Of a stretch of 64,000 bases of DNA, positions 36,010-49,957 are shown piece after piece. The notes beneath the pieces were generated by a model. The model was not told the origin of the DNA. It saw nothing but the letters and a program-made list of their open reading frames with translations, and made no database searches. Source of the stretch: Eremomyces bilateralis CBS 781.70 (taxonomy: Eukaryota). Every line of letters begins with the position of its first letter. Positions within the stretch are counted from its first letter, which is position 1. The stretch is taken from NCBI GenBank assembly GCA_010015585.1, contig ML975166.1. One strand, 5' to 3'. The position numbers were made by a program, and so were the translations under genes.

Positions 36010-37570
36010 TCATCTCCGTGGGCCATTCGGACCCAAACCATTCTGCCCGGCCATTGTCACCTCGTTAAACTTTTCCCTTACGCCTCCCACCCGTCCCGCC
36101 ACTCGTAACACCGCATCCTCAAAGCCCTGCATCGTCTGCACCAGCTCTCTCACCACGGCCTGCGAGTCCATCTCCTGCACCCGACCCCTCCTCGCCAAAT
36201 TCTCCGCTTCATTCGCCGCCCGCCCCTCCACGAGCCGCAAGTGTGCTTCGATCTCGCCGATCAGCCCTTGCATGACGTTCAATTCCTTTTCGACCTCGTC
36301 CGACCTCCCCTTGAAGAACTTCACCAGATCTGGCGGCCCCTCATCGTACCCCCCGCCCACGGCATCCGCGACCGCGTTGCCCGCTTTGATCCCGAGTGCC
36401 GGTTGGCCGCCCAGATACTGGTGCCACAGCCCGCTCATCTGGAGGTTTGTGGGCAGTTTGAGCATGTCGATGCACCCGCGCAGGTTGGACGCCTCCTCCT
36501 GATCTTGCCGCACGATCTTCTTCAGCGCCGCGATCGCCTCCGCGTCGTTCGCCAGCGCCGCCTCAACGGCGTCGACCTTGGTCGAGACGTACTCGGCGTC
36601 GTTGGGAATGAAATCGAGGGTCTCGCGGTGCGCGGGCACCACGGCGTCGCAGGTCTCGCAGATTTTGATTTGCGCGGCGGTGAGGTTGTCTATTTTGATG
36701 ATATCTTGCTGCACGTTCGGGTGCAGTTCGGAGAAGCGCGTGGTCCCTCGGATGTTGCTGATGTCGACTTGTACGCCTTGAACGACCTGGGGTTGGGGCG
36801 CGGTACTAGTGCCACCGCCGAACCTCATGCCACCAGTGATACCGCCGCCGGAGGTCGCAAGGTTTGTGATGGGTTTGCCGCCAAAGGTTGGGCCGGCGAC
36901 AGTGGTAAATTGGGGTTGCTGAGTTGGCTGGCTGGCGGGAGTAGGAAAGAGGCCGAAGCCCGAAGGTTTTGACTGGGCGCCAGCGGATCCGAACATGCTT
37001 CCCGCGGTAGTTCCGCTAGATTGCTGAGGTTGTGAGGAACCTTGAGTGCTGAAAAGTCCGCCCCCTAGTGTTGTGTTCGATCCGCCCGCGGGTGGGAAAA
37101 GGCTGCTGGTGCCGGTTCCAGACGATGCTGGCGGTTTTCCAAATAGCGACTGCCCCGGATTACCCAGGCTGAATCCACCACTCGACATGTTGGAGGACTG
37201 TTGCGGTTGTGAAGTGCCTGGAGTGCCAAATAGACTCGGTGTTGCCTGGGCTTGTGATGAGGTATTTCCGAAGGGACTCGGAGTTGATTGGGGTTGGGCG
37301 GAGGATGGGGTCCCAAAGAGACCCTGTGTGGACGGGGCTGAAGATGCGGGAGGCTTCAAGGTGCTGGAAAATAGGCTTCCTGCCGTTTGCGACTGTGTGG
37401 TATTTGAGGCACCGAATAGACCGCCGCCCTGGGTGGCGGGTGTTGAACCGCTATGAGAAGTTAACAAGAGGGTCAAATAAATCGGTGATACACAGATCCA
37501 GCACATACAATAGACCTGCTCCACCTCCAGTGTTTAGGGACAGTGAATTAGACCGTGTAAGCGCAGACAT
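36010..37570 (-). CDS. NUP49: FG-repeat nucleoporin Nup49/Nup58-like
   Basis: GLFG/SLFG repeats followed by IRGTTRFSELHP and a coiled coil; start MSALTRSNSLSLNT, one 5' intron. Confidence 0.8.
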
Positions 37571-37777
37571 GTCGTCGCGATGCAAGGGATGTAGACAAGC
37601 GCTGTGTAGAGGATGTTTAGAAAGGTATGGAGAAGGACACGGCTGCGGAAGACGTAGCAAGCGAAGGCTCGAATTTCTGCGCTTAATCCAATCTCATGTT
37701 ACAGATAAGTCCTCTCGATTTGGCTTTGTTCGCGTTATTCGAGGATTGACATCAAAGGGGGAATAAAGCCATTCAAT

Positions 37778-37796
37778 ATCATCATCATCATCATCA
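37778..37796. repeat. (ATC)6 microsatellite in the divergent NUP49/FIP1 promoter
   Basis: atcatcatcatcatcatca. Confidence 0.8.
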
Positions 37797-38144
37797 CAAT
37801 ATCCACGAGACGAAGTTTATGGAGATGTGAAGTCGGGCTTCGGCGATGCTGATTGGTTGGCGCGCGTCAAGCTTCCTGTCGATCTTCAACACCTGCGATT
37901 CACTATTCCGCGACATTAAACACCGTAATATTAAATGTACCAACAATCCCAGAGCAGAAGCCCTAAAACAAGAACCATTCCCTCTACACCGGCAACTACC
38001 ACCTGGCCGGAGCTGCTACATACCAAGGAGCCCTAGTCTTACGTCGAGCGCAATCGAAGAACCCACATAGTACCTCCTCTAGAATCAGCCATCCTGGCGG
38101 ACGACATGGAACACTCAGACTCCGCGAGTCTGGGTTCGGATGTG

Positions 38145-39337
38145 ATGTCGGAGGAAGAGGACGACCTCTACGGAGGAGGCTCCCGACAGCCAAAAGAAGC
38201 GGCGAACGGCACCACGGCCGAAGCAGAGGATGACGATGAAGAAGTAGATATGGAGCAGGATGACGAAGAGGAGGATGAGGAGGAGGAGGAGGAGGAAGAA
38301 GAAGAGGAAGAGAGCGACTCGGTATGCCACGCTCCTCTTGACTGGCTCTTGTATGCGCTAATGAATACAGGATATCGAGTTCATCACAGAAAAGAAAGCA
38401 GCTCCGCCTCCCGAGCCTTCAGGGTGAGTAACGCTACGCGGATTCAATTGCTGGACGGTGCTGATATCCACCCTAGTCGCTCGCGAGAGCCCTCGAAACC
38501 AGAACGCAGAGAGTCTATCTCACACGACACATCGCAGAAAACTACCGCTCCATCCACCTCCGCTGCCACCGCCGAAGCGAAGAAGGAATTACCCACAAGA
38601 TTAGGGACCGACTACCCCGAAATCCGGACCTCCTCGATTGATGTCAACGCGATGCCAACCTGGGGCGACACGGGGAAGTCCCTCGCCGAGATGGATATTG
38701 ATGCCGGTGGGTTTCTCCACTCTACACAAGATCGTTATGTTATATGCAAACTAACATCCATCCAGATTTCGCTGAACACACCAAACCCTGGCGTCTCCCT
38801 GGTGCCGACCAATCCGACTATTTCAATTACGGCTTCGATGAATTCACCTGGACCACCTACTGCCTCAAGCAAAAGTCCATGACCGGCCAACTTGCCGACC
38901 AGAAAGCCGAGACCACTAAGTTCGAGATGATGTTCGGCGGCGGAGTTCCAGGAGGCATGCCGGGCATGCCTTCTGCCAGCGGCGCCAATGCCCAGCAACC
39001 CGCCGCCCCTGCCCAGAGCGCACAGCCCGGGATGGGGATGGGAGGCATGCCCAGCATGCCCGGGATGTCGGACGACATGATGCAGCAGATGATGGCGACC
39101 TTCATGCAGCAGGGCATCACCGATCCGAATCAGCTCGACTTTGGAACGTTCGTTCAGCAGATGCAGCAGGTGCAAGGCGGCGGCCCGGGAGCCGGGGCCG
39201 GAGGTGGTGGCGGGATGGGGCAGAATATTCCTCAGGGTCCGGCGGCGCAGCAAAGTGGTGGTTATGGGCAGGGACAAGGACAGGGTAACTGGGGCGGCGG
39301 TGGTGGTGGGGGACGAAGGGGACGAGGGAGGTGGTAA
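38145..39337 (+). CDS. FIP1: Pre-mRNA 3'-processing factor Fip1
   Basis: Acidic N-terminus with (GAG/GAA)n; Fip1 motif [30 protein letters not shown]; Gly/Met/Gln-rich tail; three introns; alternative start 38106. Confidence 0.9.
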
Positions 39338-39782
39338 TAGGTGCGAGAGGTTCTCTGTGTGATTTAATCGCCTCGTATTACAGAGCAGCCCAAGAATTGA
39401 CGATTCAGGCCTATCACGATGGGTTAGCCAAGGAGTGGCCGCTGGCTGCCTTCTTGGATGGGTTAGGGACAACGGTAATAGTAGTCCAAAGAGGGAAAGG
39501 CATACTGCCGTATCTTCGCGCCATCAAGTTTCTCAATGACTTGAAAAGAAAGGGGCAATAGGCTATAATGGACATCAGGCGGGTTGTAAGTCAGCATAGG
39601 AGCAAGTCCGCTCCGAAGTACCTGTCGCCTAAGGAGAATCCGTCGTTAGAGGGTCAACAAGGCGTACTGAAATCGCGGTTGGCCTGGCTACTTGAGACCT
39701 GTAGCCCCGAGCGAAATAGCCCCTTTGACAGCAATCTATTCGATCTAGATGTCTTTGCTATATCAACACGATCGCACCGTCT

Positions 39783-41227
39783 CTATGGAGCTGCGGTAGC
39801 AACACTCTCCTCCTTCTGCGGTACCTCCATTCCCATACTGGCCCGCTCGTCCTTGAACGAGATCAACTCCTCACCCTCCATGGGCCGTAAGCCCCACCGT
39901 CCAAACATCTCCTTATCCTCATCCCATCCACTGCACGGGGTCGTCAGCATCTTCTCCCCCGTGAAGATAGCATTGGCGCCAGCCATGAAGCACAGCATCT
40001 GCTTCTCCTCGGTCATGTTGATCCGCCCAGCCGCGAGGCGGACGATCGTTGCCGGGAGCACAAGCCGCGCGGTCGCGATGGTCCGCACCGTGGCATCGAA
40101 GGAGATCGGCGTGGAATCGCCTAGCGGCGTCCCCTTGATCGGCACCAGCGCGTTCACCGGGAAGCTCTCGGGGTGCTCCCGCATCGTGCCCACGGTGTGC
40201 ACCAGGCCGACGTGGTCCTCTGGCTTCTCCCCGAGGCCGAGTATGCCCCCGGTGCACACGTGGATGCCCGCGTCGCGGACGTTCTCGATCGTCGCTAGAC
40301 GCTCGTCGTAGGACCGCGTGGTGATCACATTCGGGTAGTGCTCCCTACTCGTATCGACGTTGTGGTTATATGCCGTCAACCCCGCGTCTTTCAGCTCCTT
40401 CGCCTGAGCGGCGTCGATCATCCCCAATGTGACGCACGCCTCCATGCCCATTCCCCGTACGCCTTTCACCATGGCCACGATGTTCTTCAGGTTCGTCTTC
40501 CGACCGCGCATGTCGCGCCAGGCGGCGCCCATGCAGAAGCGGTTGGAGCCATTGTCTTTGGCGATCTTGGCGGCGGCGAGGACCTCGTCGACGGGGGAGA
40601 GCTTGCTGGCTTTGAGGCCGGTACTGTATCGTGAGGATTGTGCGCAGTAGGAGCAATCTTCGGAACATCCGCCGGTTTTGATGCTCATGAGCGTGCAGAG
40701 TTGTATGGCGGCGGGGTTGTGGAATCGGCGATGTAACGTAGCCTACAACGGAAATGTTTATTAGTACCGGATATAACCCCGTATCTAGTTCTCCCAAGAT
40801 ATAATAACTGTTAGTAGCTGGCTAGCTGCCGAATGACTTCATCCATGTTATTCTCGATGGAAATTAGTACCAGCAATTTCCACTCTCTCGTCGATGCTTC
40901 CGAACATCGGCGAATCAAATGCACAACAATAGTAAGCAAGGGATTCCTCACAGCAGCATAAGTCAACTCCATCAACGGCGTATTGTATATCTCCGAGATC
41001 TCCTCTTTCGTCCAGTTATTCCTCGGCCGCGACGCATTCATCGCGTCTTGCAGCGCCGTTCCCGTGTTCGACGGCGTCGGAGGAGGGGGAGGGGTTGTCG
41101 TTGGGATGGCGGCCCGGGGGGCATCTTGGATCGTGGAGAAGGACTGCCATTGCGGTCGGCGTAGGGCTTGAGAGACGCCGGTGCGGGATGTGAGGGCACT
41201 CTGCCGCAGCAGCGAAGGGACAGACAT
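39783..41227 (-). CDS. BIO2: Biotin synthase (radical SAM), mitochondrial
   Basis: Presequence MSVPSLLRQS; IKTGGCSEDCSYCAQS (CxxxCxxC), RFCMGAAWR, YNHNVDTS, GANAIFTGEKMLTT; intron ~40743-40951. Confidence 0.95.
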
Positions 41228-41937
41228 CTTGATGGTGCAATGGTAGAAGCGGGTTGTTGAAAGAATCACTCCGGCGCTGAAGATAATAATGGTGGGACCA
41301 GAGCTGAAGGCCTGACCATGGATCGTGGGGGTTTTCAGGGGAATCCAATTGTACCGGAAGGTGATTCCGATGCTATCCGTACCTCCGACATGCGACGAGA
41401 CGATCCAAAGTTTTTTGTTGATGATCCAATCGAAATGTCTAATGTCTATAATGGCTCTAATCAATTGACGATGTCCTCAGATGTAAGTAGGTATATTAAC
41501 GAGCCTGGAGCTTGATAGACTACGGGTATCCTGTGCCATGATATATACATTCCAACTTAGATATGCACATCCCCAGCCTTTCCCGCCAAACACCATGTCC
41601 GCTCCCCATGCTAGAACCGCCTCAGATGCACCGGAATACCATAGTCAGTGACCGAACAACCGCGAAAAAAGCTCTGAGGCGCCCGCTACATGTGAAACTC
41701 ATAACTCCCATCTCCCTTCCATGCAAACCAGACATTACCCGTTCGATGCAACCAGAAAACACATCAGAGATCAAGCGAAGGACTCCAGATAAATTTCCCT
41801 CCACGGCCCCATAAACTTAACACCAATACTTTCCAGCCCCGCGTTCTTTGAAAAATCGCAAGTGACCTCCATGAACGCGTCTGAAATTCTCCACCGACTG
41901 TGATCGATGTCCCATTACCGTATTACTGTTAGCAAGG

Positions 41938-44900
41938 TCACAGATCCGAACTTTTCGGATTCTGCAGATACACGTCCGGCACCTTCGGCACCCTCGGGCT
42001 CTTCTGCCCCAACACCGCCCGAATCCCCTCTCGCTGCCTCTGTGTCTCCTTCACATCTCCTCCACCACCAGTCAGCCTCCTTACACCCGCCCGGAACCCC
42101 GATCGGGTCCCCTCTTTGATTTTCGGAAGCATGCTATCGAACGGCCGTTCGGACCCCATCCCCAGTGCTGTGGAGCTCCGTGTCACGACGCCGGGATAGT
42201 CGTCGTCCGAGAAGGACTCGTCGATGTCGTCCGAGGCGCCGGCAGCTGCCATCGAGATTTCTTGGCCCGGCGATAGGCGCGGGTTAACAGCGGGAGAGGT
42301 TATGGAGCGGGCATGAAGGCCGGGGCGGACCTGTTGAGACGCGGCCGAGGTGGATGCATGGTGGATGTGTGGCGGCTGCACGGTTGCGGCGAACGCGGTC
42401 GGCGTCATGACCACGGGATCGCGGTACGTGCCGTACTTCGAGTCCGTGAATCCCGTCTGGAACGACGAGATACTCGCGTTACGAGTCAGACTCTTATGCA
42501 GGATGGGGAACGTCTGCTGGTCGTAAATGCTTTCGTGGGCGCCGGACGACGTTAACGGCGAGTTGGAGTCCATCGATTCGAAGCGGTTCATGGCGGGACT
42601 CGGCGGGACCAGTGTCGACGCCTCGGATGGTCCGGCTTCCTGGTCATCGTCGAAGAAATCGTCCAGGCTATCGAGCTGCATCACCAGTTCAGCCACATGT
42701 CCATCTCCACGCGTATCGTCCGACATCATGGTTGCGGTGCGGTATTCGGGGAAGTACGCGCCGCCATCTTCACCAAGAAGAACGATGGCGGAGGAGCCGG
42801 GGTCGGCCAGCGGAGTCTCCGCATCGGAGGAAGCGCAAGTATAGAAGACGGCGTGCACGTTGTTTTGGGTATTTTGGCGGTGAATTCCAGGCATCGGGAT
42901 GGACCACCCAGACTCTTCGGGGATGCCGTACAGGCTTTGAGTCTTTTCGTATTCTTTACGTGTGGCCCGAGTGGAATGCGAGCCCGCCATGCTCATCCGC
43001 AGATGGTGTTTGTCCATCGGCGTGGCCGTCATGCTCATGACATTGTCCAGAACATCCAGCGCTTGAGGGCAAAACTCGGTCTGGAGCAGCCGCAATAACG
43101 GCGCGATCAGGTCCGGACCTTTGCTGGAGATCTCCTGCTTCCGCATGTCGATGTCCGGAATCAACACGCAAAGGACCCGCATGGTCTTGACCTTGAACCA
43201 TGCGATCTTGTTGGTCAGCAACGACATGAGAAACACCAGGGAGTTGAACTCATGATCGGGGAAGAAACTTGCCCGGATAGCGAGAATGATTTGCATCAGG
43301 AAGTCTTTATCAGCACGGTATCGTCGCTGCGTAAGCGCTGAGAGAGCTAGAGCAACATCCTCATATCCTTGGGCGTCGGCGAGTTTTGCCAGTACATCGG
43401 CGGTATGATATACGTTGGGATCGGGAGAGTCGATGTCGAACGAGTGCATAAATCTCGGAATGTTGGCAAGTAAGGTGAATATCAGCCTCGACCCGTCGCC
43501 AATCAGTTCGTGCGACGGCAGGACGACCAGTCGATTCAACACTCGAAGTGACTTCTCCATGCAGACACTCGACCGGACACCCTTGAAAACAAGCTCCTGT
43601 AGGCCTTCGAAGTTTCCATCCCATTTCGGGGGGTAGCATTCGGCGAGTAAGTCGAGAGTGGAACGGTCCGCGAGGTCCAGCTTGTCCAATAACTTCTCCA
43701 GCATCCCAAGGCTCTCTAGGAATTCTCGTTCATGTACCGTTTCCAGACACGCGCAAGCCGTCCAGAACAGTTGCGGATACTCCAACAGATCCTCGGGGGT
43801 TAGAGTTTCAATGATGGTCTTCAAGGTCGTTAGGATCTCCATGGAGAAGGTCTGTACACCCGGCTCCTCGCCCGAGATGGTATTCGACAGCCGAATCAGC
43901 ATGTCGGCCAACATTTGTGGATCGAGTGTGCACAGAATTGTTCGATAGAGTTGGAACGAACGACACGCGAGATGCCTTACGGAGCAGGAAGTTGCCCAGT
44001 GCAGCGTCAACTTCCCCCACTGTTCTCGGACACCGGGATAAACGTGGGAGAATACTTTGACGACTTCGTTGGCCACATACACCATCGTCTCGGGGACTCG
44101 CAGCCCGCCTTCTTCGCCTTTCTTTCCATTATAGTCATCGTATCTCCAGATGACTTTGGCGTCGTGCCGCCGGACCATCTCGATGAAGTTTTCGATGGAC
44201 GCGCGGTCCGCGTTGATGGCGTCGTTGTCGGCGTTGGACAAGACGATTTCATGGATCATGTGCACGAGCATCTCACGAGCCTGGTCCTGGAATAGGGGTA
44301 TGTGCGCATCCCAGAGCACCAGGATGGCTTGTAGAAGACGAGGAATTTGTTCTTTGGGAAGTTGGAAGGGAGATACCATCAGATCCACAAGCAGCACAAG
44401 GCAGATCTGGCCCAGAGAATAGCCACCCTATTCGCCCGCATTAGCTTGCTCTACATCCAAAGATGTTCACAACATTACCTGCTTGTTTCCACCGATCGGC
44501 AAGACCAGATTCAAATCCGCTAGATACGGTAGCGCATGCGCCTCGGGCGGCGTCGCGAACAGCTCCGCCTTCTCCGGGTTCGGCACCATCTCCTTGGGCG
44601 TGATATGCTGCAACAAGAACTCCACGATTTTCGTGCCGGCGGGCGTGCTGGAAATATGCACCACGATTTGCTTGGCGTAGTCGATAAAGTTTTGTTCGCG
44701 CTTGTCCAGACAGAGTCGGATCATGAAGTCAAGCACGAGTTGCACGTTGCCGGCATGCGGTCCGGTGGCCAGTGCTTGCCATAGCGCCTGGATTTCGTTG
44801 TGGAGTGCGTTGCCGCACCGCACCGTAATCTCGAAGAGGTTCACAAGAAGCATGTAGGATTGTCCAGTTGGGTCACCGTTCGGGTCCACTTGGAGATTGA

Positions 44901-47900
44901 TCGTCTGCACCCAAGGAAGCATGGCGGCCACCATGTTCCGCTGGTGATCGGGATGGAGCTCCTTGAAGTAACGGGAGAATTCCGAGAATACGTGGAAGGC
45001 GAGTTCCGAGTGCTGCTTGGCAAGTCGCCGGGAGGTTTCGAATTGAGCCAGCTTGTAGACGGCAATGGTCTTGTCGGAAATGCTGATGTCCAGGTCTTGG
45101 AGGTTGGAACTGTTCTTTTGCGTACGCGCTTCCAGCATGCGGATGAGTCGGGCGGACTTCATTCGTAGCTGACTGTTCTCGTTGCCTAGGGTGTAGATGC
45201 CTGCCGACAGGATCTTCCAAAACGGCGGTGCGAACCGCTCCCGGTCGGCCAGCACCTGAGTAACGACTTCAAAGTAGCTCGCCAGCGCCTTGGGCGTCTT
45301 CGCCATGTAGCACATCTCAATGGCACGGTCGAGCAAGAATCCATGTTCTTTGTTATGGACGATAAGATTAGTGAGAGCGCGTCGACCGATCGCATGTGTG
45401 CGATCCGAAACGGTGTCGAAAATGGCATCGATCCAGGAGAGCATGCGCATCACATCGAATTGCAAGGTCGTGCTCGTAGTGGTGATGCTGACCGGTCCAC
45501 CACATAACGAGGCCATGGCACTCAATGCTGCCGTGCGGAGATCGCGCTTTTCAATCTCAATCGCGGCCGTCACGATGTTCTTGTTCCCAAAATCTTGCTC
45601 CCGTTCCAGGATCGACTGCCGCATCGTATGCTCCCTCGCTTTGATCTGATCTTGATTTGGAGAATAACCACACCATTCTTCCATCAGCGCGAAGGTAGCC
45701 TTGCGAGCCTGGAATGGCATCCACCGTAGCGGGTCGACGGTTTTGTTGATACCTTCAAATAGCTCTTCCACCAGCCCACAGAAATGGGTGCGCAGTTTCT
45801 GAAACTCCCACTCGTTCTGGATCTCCACGTCGCTGAGAAACAGCCGAAGCTCTTTGGCGTAATCGGCCAAATTACTCAATGCCCACTCATCGTTATACAC
45901 GATCGGATCTTGCACGAACCGTGACGTGAGCTTGTACACGTGGGTAATCTCGGTCCGAAGCGTGTCGGTCCGCCGCGGCCGATGCGGGCTGCTCACGGTC
46001 CGCTGATGCGTCGCAACGCGGATCTTGGCATCCTCTCGGCAGCTCCCTACCGCTAGCTGCATGGACTCGAGGAGCGTCCGATACAGGTTGACGTTGATGG
46101 ACCCGAGGCCCGTGACGATGGCATCGCGGGTTCCCGTGTGCGGCGCACCGAGGAAGGGGATGACCCGGGTGAAGAGATCGCCCGCGGATGCAATTTTGTC
46201 CCCTTGTTGGGGCGATTTCGATGTTTGTCGCATATGCTGCTGGCCAGGCGGTTGACCTGGTTGACTACCGATATTGGTGAGCGTCGTGCATGCGAAGATC
46301 AGGTACAGTTTCCATTGCTCGACGACGACCTCGGGCGGCGTTGTCGCAAGACGGCCGGTGGTCATCCGGTTCATCGAGTCGTAAGGGACGGTGGGGGGCA
46401 TCTTTTGTCCCTCGGCGAGGCTACCAATTGTCCGATGCATCTGGGCCAAACGATTGCAGACAATGTCCCGAGTCAATGTGACCGCGAATGGACACACTTC
46501 GAAGCTCAGTCGTACAAGATTCGGGAAGACTTTGAACCACAACGTTGAGTCGTAGGGTGAGTCACTACTGCAGAGTTCGACCAATGTGCTCTGCGTATTG
46601 CTCTTCCTCATCCCACGTTGCAATCGTGTTCGCTCCGCAAGAGACAATTTCTCTTCATTGATGTTCACCACCTCCTGCGAGCTTCCTTCCATAATCTGGA
46701 TGATGCGTTTAGACTCCTTCACGTTCCCGAGGGCCTTGTCGAACTCGGTGATGATCCGAAGCACCGTGACTGCATAAGACCGAACTCGACGCGAGGGCGA
46801 GCAGAGGAAGAACAGTCCGTGAGATTCGATTTCGTCGACATGAGCCCACAGCGCGTTCAGATCGAGCTGCGCTCCTCGGCCATTGGCGCCCTCGTCCATC
46901 AAATCGACATGCGCCTTCTTGATTTTCTCTTTGATCTCTTCGATCCAAATCCCAAGGAGCTCCACGTACAGTCGCAGGGTGTTCTCGATGTGCCCGGGAC
47001 CAAGCATTCCACCGTCGGAAATCGTCGCGTATCGGTCATCAAAGTTGAAGATAAATCGATGGAATCCAAGCGTGACTTGTTGAGCATGGCCCTGTCGAGC
47101 GATCGACTTGAGCGACTGAGCGGATGAGACTGCGATCCCACTTTGAACGTGAGCAGTTCCTGTGCAGAGGAGATTGATAAGAGAATTGAAGGAAATGAAG
47201 GGTGAGAGACATCGTGGAAGAGCCTGCACGGCCACATGCAATAGGTCGTAAAATCCCTGACGCGGATCTCCAGTATATTGTTCATCGCGTCTCGCAAAGC
47301 TGAAGGCTTCCGCCATGGGGGTCTTGGGGGTCTGGAGCGAAAACTTTTCGTCCAGAACCGCCTGTCCGCCGAACGCGTTATCGCACGCAATTGTCACGTT
47401 CCCTAAAATCTTGCAGAACATGTTGTAGGATTCTTTGGTGCTTTCGCTGAAGCCGGACACAAGCACTGGCCGCGACAGCCGACCCTCATTGAGCGTTAGC
47501 AACTTTGAGCTGGGGTGAACGATCGGCTTAGGGCTGATCGGGATCGAGGAAACGCCAAACGACTCCACAGATGGGTCGTTGTCGAAACTGGTTGGTAAAG
47601 AAGGTTGCTCTCCGTTCTCGAGATCCCCCATGATCGCTAGGAACGCCCTGATGCCAATCACCATCCGTTCAGGTTCGAGTTGCTCACTCTTCGGCGGACC
47701 GACGAGCAACTGCTCGGAGTTCATCAGAGGAAAAAGGATCTGCCGGAAACAGATATCCTGGTGCTTGTAACCGATGATCCGGATCATCTGGATCAGCGGC
47801 TCGGCAATGGAGGATTCCGTCGACAAGAACGACCGCTTGCCTGGCTGGAAGACCAGATGGATGATGTCGTTCAATTTCTTCGCGGAGGTGGCTTGGGAAT

Positions 47901-49957
47901 CCGGCGAGCGGAAGACGTACGTCCAGACCAAGCGGCATATTCCTCGAAGCGCCATGGCACGGGTGCTGCGTTCTTTGAGTCGGGGCTGCAACGGCAGAGT
48001 GAGCTGCATCCACTGCGCGTTGAACGACTCGGTCGGGGACGCGCAGAGGAGAACGACCATGACTGGGAACGCCGTTTGCCAATGCTTCGGTTTAGCCAAC
48101 ATCGATATGATCCACGGCCGCAACAACTCGACGATGGATCTCCATTTAGGAGTGTTGACCTGCGATGTTGCTTTTGCGGCGATCGGGAGGAGGAGCTCAT
48201 TGAAGAGGCCACAGTAAGCATACTTGACCGATTGCCCATGCACTTCAACCGCCAGCTTCGCAAGCCGAAACATGAAATCGCAAGAGGCTTCCCACGCTTT
48301 CTCGGGCTCGATTTTTAGCTTGAGGGAGCGCATTCCGCGAATGATAAGGACGGCCCGACCCTCGATCTCCCCGCCCGCAAGTCCTTTCACACCAAGGTGC
48401 TGCTGCATCGCCTCCAGGTCGGACAGAAACCGGGACGAGACGGTCTCGAAGCTGATTTGGCTCATAACTCCGAGCAGCTGGCCAAAAACGAGCCAATTCG
48501 CCTGTCGCAACGGCGATTCCTCCAAGTGGTCCGGGTCGAATTGCTTCAATTGGGTGTATATCACATCTTCCACCTTCGCGGCAACGTCTTGTCCCACATT
48601 GGCGAGAGTCGTCTGAGCGAAGATCTCAATCAGGACCCGACACAACAGATATATGGAGACGATGGATCGCCTCTCTGCATGGGCAACATTTTGCTGAAGT
48701 AGCATCGTCTGCATATGATTCGGCACCACTTGTTTCTGCAACTGAGCGTCAATCGATTGTTGTGAATCGGTTCCTCGTCGAGTTGGCAATCCGTTTGTGG
48801 ACAACGGCACGCGGCTTTCATTGAGAGCAGCTCGGGCAGTGGCGGCCGCTTCACTCTTGGCCTTCCGCCAGAACATGAGGGTGTCGATGAGAGGTTTGGG
48901 CTTCTGCCGCGCAATGTGACCGAGCGCGGAGATCAGTTGGTCGAAGTTCGCATCCACACCCGGGCCACATATCAGCTCGACTCGAGGTTCGGCCTCGTGG
49001 GGTTCGGTAATGCAGGCATTTAGCTTTTGATCGGCCTGCGCGACAAACTATGGCTGGTCAGCAACTTATGGTGCCCGGTTCGAGGACATGCACTCACCGA
49101 ATTGAACAAGTGGTGCAAAGCGTATTCTCCCACGGTCTTGATCTCCTGTGGATGATGCCGTGACAATGACCTGCCATGGAGGTCTTTCCTCGACCTCCCA
49201 CTATGCACTCTCTCCATCCTCCTCGTCGGGTCGATGTAAGTGGCATCATGGAGGGAAGGGGCTTGTGAATGTTTCCCGGTCCCGTTTGTCGCCGCCTGTG
49301 CCCCCATGGCGGTCGGCATATTATTCATCTCGTCCTGCTCCATGATATAGCTTTCCGGTGAATACGGGTTGGCATTTCCGATGGATGCCAATACGTGGGT
49401 ATTCAGCGGGCTCGTCGCCGGAGAATTGACAAAGCTCGTGTTCCTCGAATGCTGTACGCCATGCACGATGGATGTCTGCCGATGGTGTCCGTAATTCAAC
49501 GACGGTCTCCGATCCAAGCTGGAGTTTTCGATGGCGGTCGGGAGTTTGGGCACTGCCGTTGCAGGCGTGTGGGATCGTGAAGAGGAACCGCGGGCGGAGG
49601 ATGATGTCAAGGCTCGTCCTCGTGTCAACGACGGTTCCCGCGATGGTATGGACGGGACCGGTGAAATGTTCGTGTTAGTTGCGGGGATGTCCGCAGCAGT
49701 GACATGGTGAGACAGACTTCCGGCATGTGCACGCGCATGCGACGCTTGGGGTGCAGCTGTAACAGGAGACGTGCCTGGTTAGCTAAAGATCGTCAAGGCT
49801 GAGATGTCTTGCAGCCAAGGTTGAGGGTACGCGATCCGGTACCGCAAAGGCATATATAGGTCGGCATGCAATAATGAAGAGCCCGCAGAGGTCACTCGGG
49901 CGGCGGACCGGAGGGGGAAGGTTAAGACGAGATATTGAATGGGATTTCCTTACACAT
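41938..49957 (-). CDS. TAO3: Cell morphogenesis protein Tao3/Pag1/Mor2 (Furry family, RAM/MOR network)
   Basis: ~2,600-aa HEAT-like protein; KTVGEYALHHLF, LISALGHIARQKPKPLIDTLMFWRK, WATSCSVRHLACRSFQ, LYGIPEESGWSIP; introns ~44429-44478, ~49048-49097, 49757-49953. Confidence 0.9.

Noticed and set aside
40743..40951. Stwintron or TPP riboswitch in the BIO2 intron
   Set aside because: No nested donor can be reconstituted by removing an inner intron, and the TPP aptamer core motifs are not seen
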